From NCBI GenBank assembly GCA_040954595.2, contig CM082581.2, positions 4,828,699 through 4,892,698 of the forward strand: a stretch of DNA of 64,000 nucleotides, given 5' to 3'. Source of the DNA: Balanoglossus misakiensis. Taxonomy: Eukaryota > Animalia > Hemichordata. Both the position numbers and the translations under genes were made by a program. Each line of letters begins with the position of its first letter. Positions within the stretch are counted from its first letter, which is position 1. The notes under the pieces are model-generated. The model had not been told where the DNA came from and made no database searches. It saw only the letters and a list, made by a program, of their open reading frames with translations. This document shows positions 51,601 through 61,700 of the stretch, in pieces.

Positions 51601-53491
51601 GAAATTGGATAAATTAAACAAGAGTCTCACGAGCGAAAATTAAGGTCATATTGGCGAGATGGCCTGCTGACCAGGTACGCTCCTGCATAATGGAATATAT
51701 AATTGTTTAAATCGCTTTTCTGCGATCCGGGCCCAAACCTCTGCGCGCCGTCACCCCGGAAACGAGAAGAAGCGTGATGTGGAATACCTAAAGCAGATGT
51801 TTGTTAAGAGGAAATCTTTATTCCGAACGATGATCGACATTTTCGACATTGCAAGATGACAAGATGAGGGAGAGTTGGCCATTATAGCGGAGATGACACT
51901 GAGACCCAAGGGGTTGATGTAAATGGTCAACACTGTAGTTTTGCCAACACATCCCATTTTGCTTTACCGTGTCGCTCTCAAATAATCATCAGAAAGGTGC
52001 CAAATGGTTCTCCCGGATACAAATGTCACAAATGACTCTAGTCATCCGTCTAATAAGATTGTGCTTTAATATGATATTAGTAAAAAAGAGGTAATACCTG
52101 CAAATTTGGATTACGTATAGTTTTCAACACCCATTTACCAATAGCTGTAATTCAATGCCTTTCCGGCTTACCATTCTTCAGAGAAAAGTAACTTACAGTC
52201 AGTTCTGGATATCTCTTTCAGGGTTTTGTTCTGTGTTTCTTCTTCTATTCCTTGTACTGTGTATAATTATCCAATTAATATTTTGTCTGTGAGCATAGCT
52301 TTGTGAATATGTAACCACTGTTCATGCTGTTGTGTTGTTGGTAAATGAAATCACGTCCGGGCTTGACATATCAATTTTCAACAATACTATAGCTCCGTAC
52401 GTATATACACGCATGGGTTGTATTATTAAGAAGAATACTTGCAATGAATTTCAAAACACCGTAATTTACGGAACTGGGATGTTGGAAACTGGCTAAAAGG
52501 TGACAGCTAAGTGGAGCTATAAAGGATTGATCAGTTATATAATGGAGAAATTTTTGGTCTGATGGAATGTTAGCGGCCAGTATTAGAACTGTTTACACTG
52601 TATTGTACAGTTTGGCCACAATTACTGAAATAAACATATTATTATAAATGGAGAAAATTTTGGTCTGACGGAATGTTGTCGAAATGGGGCCACATTTCGA
52701 CTGCGGGTACATTGTTGCGGTGCGACACAAACAAAGTAATAGCGTCTTCCCCCAGTGGAATAGTTTACTATTAAGACAACATGCATTCGCCGTCTTTTCA
52801 TCTTACTGAACATCTTAGTCAATCTCAGAAACCATGTATTTTTTCAATCACTAGACTTTATCATCTTGCCGACGGGGACAGTCATGAATAAATGACAAAT
52901 CCGAGATCTGATCACATTACCTGGTTATCCTGGTGCCTCTCGGAATTAAAAATATGATAGCTAGGTGTTGAGCAGAAGAAAGGGGTGCCAATATATCTTG
53001 TAAGACTGGCGGTTACTTTCATTGTCAGACCGCCCTAGAGATCTCAAGTTGTGCACGGAGTATATTATGAGCTGCAATTTTATAGTATTTTTAACCACGA
53101 TCCAGACATGAATCCCATGGTACTGATGTAAAGTATAGGAATGGTGTGCAGGTCGTGTCATGATGGAAATTGTGCCTACTTCTCAACCGTACGAACCAGA
53201 CATAACACAGTCAAACATCGGTCAGACTACCTAAAAGCGTGAAATTTGGCTAAACTCGTCCATACAAGTGAATGGTCCCCGACACCAGGCTTGGTTTCAC
53301 AAGAAAGTTCACCAACATGACGGACAATAAAACATGTTGACAATTGAATAACATTTGTCGTTAACAGTAAACTGAATGAAGGAAACCTTTTCATCTAGGT
53401 AGAGACTCTATATACAGTAGATAACAAGTTGATGGTGTAGAAATATCACATTTAGATTTTGAAATCGCCATATGCAATGAAATCAGGTTCA

Positions 53492-53505
53492 CCACGAGAT
53501 GGCGC
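53492..53505 (+). promoter_or_regulatory. Candidate CTCF site
   Basis: CCACGAGATGGCGC closely matches the CTCF core CCAC-AG-TGGCGC and lies just beyond the EXOC2 3' end. Confidence 0.4.
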
Positions 53506-53922
53506 TCTTCACTAACCCTTGCTCTGTTGTCATCGGCTTCCAGCACCAACAACTGAACATTCGAGAAAAGAATCTTTCCAGGTCAAAGCATTATAATATA
53601 TTAAATTTTGAAGCAAATCTGTGACTATGCATCAGACGAAACTACATCCATTTTCCCTGGAATTGTGCAAAAGTACAAATGTACTATAAGAAACAGAAAT
53701 AAAATTGAAATTTGTCAAAGTTTTTAATTGAATAAAATATACAATTCTGACTATACTTGGGCTTAAATTTAGCTGAAAAGATAAAATTACCATATACAGC
53801 CTGTATGCAGCTGCATGTTCCATTTCAGTGCACTCATGTCATTTGAGTGAAAACCACTGGTCCTTGTCATATTCCAAAATATTAAAAACACAGACATCTG
53901 ACATGTTATACTTGACATGAAA

Positions 53923-53928
53923 TTTATT
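53923..53928 (-). terminator. Candidate EXOC2 polyadenylation signal (AATAAA)
   Basis: First canonical AATAAA on the minus strand downstream of the EXOC2 stop, followed by a GT-rich tract (tgtctgtgttttt). Confidence 0.55.
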
Positions 53929-53960
53929 GCACTAAAAAGTCTGGGATAAATCTTATCACT

Positions 53961-55234
53961 AATTAAAGCTGCAAGCAGCGTTGGCGGGGCACAAGCGGTT
54001 CCCATGGTGACCAGCAAATGCCACGGCTGTATCTGCTGGGGATTCCAAGATATGGGAAAGTAGGTCAAAGGTCACCTGAGGTCACCCCAAATTTGGGCAA
54101 AAAAATTGGACCCCATACTAGTCTAGATCCAACAAAAAACCAGACCCCTAGCCCTATTGGTTCGCCTGCAATTAGGTATGCACATAATTAATGAGGTCTT
54201 GTGTAAGACTCCATTATGTGCTCAATCCCCATAAAAGCCAGGGCTCTAACTGCTCTGGATGCTGAGATATGGGAAAGTAGATCAAAGGTCACCCAAGGTC
54301 ACCCAAAATTAGGGCATAAAATTTTGACCCCAGACTGGGCCATGTCAAACCAATACCAGACCTCTAGCCCTATTAGGTAGCATGGAATTAGATATGCAGA
54401 AAAATGATGTTTCAGAAATAGGTCAAAGGTCATTGCCAAAATTACCAAAATATTTGTGTCATGTCCTGGCAGCATTGGTACCAATGTCCACAACATTCAT
54501 GACTGTGGTGCTTTTACAAGAGGAGGTATGGGGAATATGCATATATAATTAGTTGTTTTAAAAGTGGGTCAAAGGTCATGTGAAAATTGCCCCGAAAAAT
54601 TGTGACAACTTCCGGTCATATGATGACTCATATCCAAAAAAAGAATTTCCGTGCTGTCAACATTTTGGCTACAAAACAGAATTTTCATTTTTCAATGGTT
54701 TTCCGAAAATCCAACATGGCCGCCATAATGATCGACCAATCACAGTGCGCTTCGCAAACTTGATAGACATAGGTTAGGTGACCACATATCCCAAATCCCA
54801 AGACTCGGTAACCGCTGGTTCTGGAGAAGAAGATTTTTAAAGTTTTAAGTAGTTTTTCAGAAAAACAATTGTAGCAAAAAAACTTTATGTATGACGTCAT
54901 GATTTCAATGGTGTAAAATGATGGACAGAAGGTAGGCTACCTGCACACCAAATTTGAACTCGATCGGCCCTGTAGTTTTTGAGAAGGACTCGTTTAACGA
55001 TTTTCGGGAAATCCAATATGGCCGCCAGGTCACGTGACTAATTAAATATTCACGAGCCACTGCACGTCTACTCATTGGCCCCTATCACCCTACCAAGTTT
55101 CAGCCCCCTAGGTGCAGCGGTTTTCCAGATCTACCTGGCCGAATTTCTCGGAAGAAGAAGAAGAATAATAATAAAGAAAAATTCCAACAATACCAATAGG
55201 GGCACAAGCCCGATAGGCTTGTGCCCCTAATAAT
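53961..55234 (-). mobile_element. Non-autonomous Helentron/HINE-like element, family A, uninterrupted copy
   Basis: 5' palindromic subTIR GGGGCACAAGC-ctatcgg-GCTTGTGCCCC; 3' subTIR GCTTGTGCCCC followed by hairpin GCTGCTTGCAGC and a T/A-rich end; no TSD; highly similar inverted copy of 43122-43178 plus 44408-45609. Confidence 0.8.
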
Positions 55235-55626
55235 CTGAAAAAAAAATATATTAAAAACAAGCAAATTAGACAAATGTATGCCAATGTTGAGACTTACTAG
55301 TATTCCTAAACTACATGTACTGACATACTTCAATATTTGGGTGGGCACTAACTATCATATAGATAATGTCTGCAGAACAGAACTACTACCTACATATGTC
55401 TCTATTAGACAATACCATCATGTTTTTATGTCACAAAATGATTATTACACAAAGTCAATATGTCAACAATTTGCCACATACATGCAAGTCACATGTAAGA
55501 ATACTATCACTGTCATGTGATGTGATGTGATGTCATAAGTCATTATACAGGAGTCCACATTTTATCTGTCAATCTCCACTAGCTCCAAATTAGATAAAGC
55601 ATTTCCTCTAAACTAACTTCAGGAGA

Positions 55627-55708
55627 TCATTCATTTCCATCACCATGGAAACATAGCAACTGTAATCGCATGTTACTCTTGAAGTTGTTCAATTCTTCTT
55701 CAAGTATT
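55627..55708 (-). CDS. EXOC2: EXOC2 last coding exon
   Basis: ILEEELNNFKSNMRLQLLCFHGDGNE* with TGA at 55629-55627. Confidence 0.92.
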
Positions 55709-58700
55709 CTGCGAAGAGTAAATAAAACACCATAAAACTCAACTACATCGACAGGATAATACACATACCTGTATAAAGCATGTACTGGTAGTTAGGATAA
55801 AAATCAATAAAAATCAACTGGTAGATGATACATGATGATTATTTCATTCACACCAAATTGTAAAACACTGGAGCAGGAAGTCATAAAGATTATTTGACCA
55901 AAAATGAGAAAATTTGTTGAAAGATATGTCAGAGAAATGGTGATGTACACTCACTTTTTCCTGCCCGGATTCGTGACCAGTGGAATCAACTTGAATGCTT
56001 CTTTAAAAGATGAACTAGAAAGACACAAGCAAAAACAAATATAGTAAGCTTACAAGAAGCTTTAAACACCATGACACAGTGTCAAAGCCGAATGACAAAG
56101 CCATGCTTTGTAACCAGAAATTAAGGAGAGTTGATTTGATTTCAACCTGACAAGAACAGTCAGAGCTCCACCCACTGTAGTACACAAATTATACAGACTC
56201 AGCATCACCTCTACAGGTAACCCTTGTCTGAATAAAAAAACGTATATGTAGTTTAGGTTAGGCACTGACTTTGACAAATATATCCCAGAAGGAAACAGAT
56301 GTAGAGTTAACATATAAAAACTCAAATTCTAAGACTAAGACTACACTTGCAATGGGAAATGTCTGGGAGATAGTAGGCACTAAGAAAAGACAAAGTTGCC
56401 CGTCTGTTTTTGCCTGAAGTTCGTAACCTTAAGCAACCATTTGTAACACTGACAGAATACACGGAACCATTGGAAATCATAAATCGTACAACATTACATG
56501 TACATGGTTGAATTTCAAAATTCATCAAAACAAACCTGTTATCCAGGTATATTTAAAAAAAATTAGGTATGAAGTAAATTCTGTTTGTTGAGAGACTTCA
56601 CAAGATGAAGTCATCCCTAGAATAAGTTCTCACAACCCCGGCGATAGAATTATCGACGAATAGAAAGGAATGACTGGTATACACACAGAGACCAACAAAA
56701 TTGACTTACTTGGAGGCCGCATCGGTGTAATTGATGACAGCTTGTTGGAAGGCTTGCAGTTCCATGCTCGCTTGTAGAGCACCGGCTGCACTAAACCCTC
56801 TTGTGACGCAACTAATAAGACGATTCATCTCCTCAGCGTACTGCTCTACGATCTTCGTCATGATGCGTGGTATGAACATGGGCGAGATGGCGTACACTTC
56901 CGCGTGGACACTGATGAGATTCATTATGGCTTCCTTGATGTATGGCCTCACTCCTGCAAAATACACAGATATGAGTCATGATGTTGCAGATAATTTGTCA
57001 GTTAGGGTATTATGAATCGTTTCTCTTGCACTCTTCCATTCTAACATTTTCATCTTAAAACTGGAAATATAGAATAAGACAACACTGATCCCATGTCTGG
57101 CTTGAGTGGCACGGCCCTCAACAGAAATGATGACAAAGAACCAGAGAACGCGTTGATTGGGAATGACGGCCTCACAGCAAATCTTGGCCGTGTAAATCGA
57201 GTACACCACATCCCTGATCACAACCTACATGTATATACATACCCATAGGTCTCTGCAATGTCTTCCAATCAAAGTAGCCGGCATACATGCCTTGTTCCAG
57301 TATACCGACAATCGGACCAGATTTCTGCTCTATGTATGCTTCAAACAACTTGTCATCTAAGTCAGAAAATGCTCCTTGTACAATCTACAACACAAACATC
57401 AACAAATAATATGTGAATGGACTGAGGCAAAAAGGTCATTATCTGTGTGGGTGGATTCATGTATGAATCTATAAGTACACACTCAGGAATGACATTGGTC
57501 TTTCGAAGTAGTCCTGGAGCTCAATGTACAGGTAGAATCGACAGTCACACAATACTGACTGACTGGGACACCTGGCTCCCTCCATCCTATACATTTGGAT
57601 TCTACTCACTTGTTCAACCTTCTTCGTCTCAGGATATCCATTTCTCTCAAAATGCTCTTGGAGTCTTGGTATGACCTGGTTGGCTACATAGTTACAATTG
57701 GCTAACACAATAATCAGCCTTTGTTCCTGAGAAGTCAAACATTATACAACTGTCAATTTCAATTATGTGGCATTTCACAATTTATTATCAAAACCACAAA
57801 TTAAAAATCTCTAAAAATAGTGGCATAAAAAGTATTCCAACAAATATTTCTTAAATCTTCAGCAATCATTCATCTCATTCACAAACAGTAGTCAGATGTT
57901 GTGACTCAGAAACCATGTGTCAAGGTCTTGCCCAGGAAATAATTGACCAATTCCAGAATTTGTTTCATATTCCAGAATCTTCACAAAATGGATTACAATC
58001 GGCCATTCTTTTATTACTACAAACAAATTCCACTAAATAGTTTCATGTCATTAGGCTTAACATTCAACAAACATCAGGATATTATGGACATTATGGACAT
58101 GACATGATGGATGAAAAGATATCGTTTTAGAGTACTGGTACTGCCACTAAAAAAGTTTCCATACCTACCATGGTTAATGAATTTTCAGTTGCGTTCATGT
58201 TATCGTAATTGTGGCTTCTGAAATAAAAACAAAAATGCACATGCATAATAGTTCTTTAAACTACAACGTATGTCTGCCCCAGTTCGGTAAAATAAAACAA
58301 TTTGGGTCAATCTAAGCCAGGTTGTAAAGATCTACTGGTTGCATGAATTGACTACCAGTACATCTCATGAAGCAAAGGCCTAATGGTTGTATGATGAAAT
58401 AAAAGACAGAAAAATTCTATTTTTTACGAGTGACTTACTCTTGAGAATCGGCTTCCACATCAGTTTTGAACGTCAGCTGTTCCAAACAGAATGCAAATGC
58501 CTGTCAAAAGTAGATGGAGGAAAATGGCAAATGTCTGATGGCTGTAAGAATTTATTTTACTAACTACACTCATAGCCCAGATCTTCACCACAGCCAATGA
58601 TTTACTTTTACACAAAACAAAGTTCAGATTATAGTACCAACATGATCAGACTATCATGTGCAGAAGTGTAGAATCGAACTACATGTATCTTTCTTACTCT

Positions 58701-61700
58701 TAACATCTCTGTGGATAGTTTGACAGCTTGTTTCCGCATAGCTGGCTCTTCGAAAATCTGTAAGAACACAGACATAGGCTGTTTTAGTTCAAAACTGTTA
58801 GAATGAAAAGAAAGACCTGCAATATATTACAACAGAATTAGGATGACCAGAATTCTCCCCAGAGCAATAAAGGGTGGTGGTATTACCATGTGATTTTGAC
58901 AAAACAATAAAACTCATTTTAATGATACATTTGTTTGTACATGATGTGACTTAGCCACTATTCTATCAGACATTTCTGGGAAGAATATGTCTATATCCTT
59001 CTGCAGAATAATAGATGCACTGCTATTGAAGAGGCCGGTTGGTCTGATGGTAGCCTTAATGTAACAATCACTCTTGCAAAGTGTGAATCTGAAATTGATA
59101 AATAACCAGCTTACATCTGCTTCTCCAACTTTCCATTCAATCACAACTTCTTTCAGCAACTGGACAGTTTCCATGACGATGTTTTCAAACAGTAACGGCT
59201 GAAACGAAAATGCCATAAAATAATCATTCTGCTATTATCTTGTGTGAAGAGTAGCATGCAATGATATGTGACAGATGGTGTCAGTTGATTGAATGCTTTG
59301 GTGATGTAACATGGACACCTTGTCAAAATGAATATGTCATCATTTATAAGAGAAAGATATCAACTCTCCTACTATGCCATAGTCTGAGCCACAGTGCATC
59401 CTTACCTAAAAAAATATAAGAGGATTTGAAATTTTTTTACAGGGAAATTTGAAATGACATAATATGTGTATTACAACCTAGCACCAGTCTATACAAAATC
59501 TTGATAAATCGTTTCACTGTTATTACCAGCACACCCTTCAGTGCTAGTCATGTGGAAAGTGGTTTTTCTAATACAATATTCCGCAATCTTACAGCCACGA
59601 CAAAACACAGTGCATGTCAACACAGGTTATATCCTCTCTCAAATCAATGCAACTACCAAACTAGTCAACCAGACGACACGTCTCAATACCCACCAAAGTT
59701 GTTATTCCAATATTTTCATCAATCTGTAGACTCCAGTTTTCTCTCCTATGCAATGCTTTAATATCTATAAATAGAAAGTAAGGAAATATTTCTCAGGACA
59801 CAGAATAACTGATCAAATTTTGTTTCTCAATCCAATATACATCTTGTTTGGATTACAAAGAATGCTTTGTGTGTTGTATATGGTTGACAGTCCAAGGAAG
59901 ACCTGGAATAGAACAATCGCCCATCATTACCTTCACTAGCTTGATTAAACAAGGACATCATACAGTGAGATCTCATGGCCAGTGTAAAACTCTCGACGTG
60001 CTGCAGGGCATCTGTGGGCATATCTAGACTGGTCAGACTACTGAGAAGTGACCTGTAAATAGGAAAGAATTATGAATAAAAGGGGAGGTTATACATGACA
60101 TACGACTGAAAGTCAGACAGAGCCCTCGCATCTCACACTGCTCAAACTTGGAAATCAAGTAAACTTTTCTGAAGACTGCCACTTGAAGTTGTTTGAAATC
60201 TTGAATTTACAACCAGTGCCTATGTTAGATGACCATGTACATAAAGGGGGTATACTTTTAAAAGTTACCTCATAATCCTAACACAGTGTGGTAACCACGC
60301 ACTTCCACTGTCTTGAGCAGTCGCCGTTTTCCAGTCGCCAAACTTCTGTCTTTCTGATTTGGGTAGTTTCACCAAAGTCTGGGGCAAAAACGCAGCTCTC
60401 ACCAAGAAGGCAAAATGCCTGGTTACTTCAGACATCATTCTCTGCATGGAAGAAATTTGCAGAACAGGATTTACACCCGTAAAACCTTCCTAAATTCTAG
60501 TTGCGTGATTGAAACGTTGATGGAGATATTTCCATTTTGTGAGAGATCAGACATCTTTCTCATATCTGCTTATCAAAGGCCAAGCTGTGACTACACTTCC
60601 TATTGTATGTGCACAAACAGACACAATGCATACAATATTACAATGTACATATATATGTGTGTAATACAATGCACTGTGATACACAGTTATCTGATATTTG
60701 GAAGTCATTTGACCAAAAGCTTATACATGTAAGTTATGTTTTTTTTTCCTATCAAAAATCCTTCAGGGCTTGACACTTTCATAAACCACCCATCATTTTT
60801 ATTTCAATAAAAAGGGTCATTTTTGACTGACCTAACATTTCATTTTAATCCAAATACTGCCTTCTACAAGAAGATCTGCCATGAATGCAAATCACACATC
60901 ACTGTTCAAATATCACTAATGCCTAAACTGGTGGTTTATTCATGAAAGAGATTCATCAGTACATTAGTACATTTAGCAGGTGTCAACTCTAAACCCATTT
61001 GTATTCTGCAGTATCCGTATTCAATGAGATCTGTATAAAATGTGATTACAACATGGCCGCATTTAAAGGAAATGGTTGGTGACAGATGAACTCCAATCCG
61101 TAATAGCTTACCTTAAATAAGCCTGTTTTCTTGGTGTCAGTCTGTGCCATTTTCATCCCACTCTGTGTATAGAGATAAACATAGAATCAGAAAGACTGTA
61201 TCACGGCTCAAACAGATTATTTGGAAGTGTGAGAAAAAAACAATTGTGAGAAAAAGAAAATATTCATTTCAATAATTATTTGCTGCTGTTTAGTGGCGAC
61301 TTACATCAGCGTAGAGCTCTCCATTGCAGTATGATTGCCCAAGCTTCCAAAACTCCGGTAAACGTTCCTGCATGATATCGACCATTTCTTCCAGAAATGC
61401 TACCCGGTCAGGCAAGTTGAATTTGTCTGCAAAGGAAGTGAAACATCAAAGTAAAAAATCACAAACAATACAGGAGTATTTATTTTGACAATTTTGACAA
61501 TTTTCTGCCGCATGTACATCATAGTGAATCAGAATCAGACAGAAATGTACATACAAAGGTACAAGACTGCAAGGTAGAAGATATAAGTATGACATTTTGA
61601 TTGTTGCAATATGGTTTAAAACATTTTCCCATTATGCCTTGCCTCTGCTGGCAACATCAAACTGCTATTATTTTGATAAAGTGCAGTCGGATGGAAAAAG

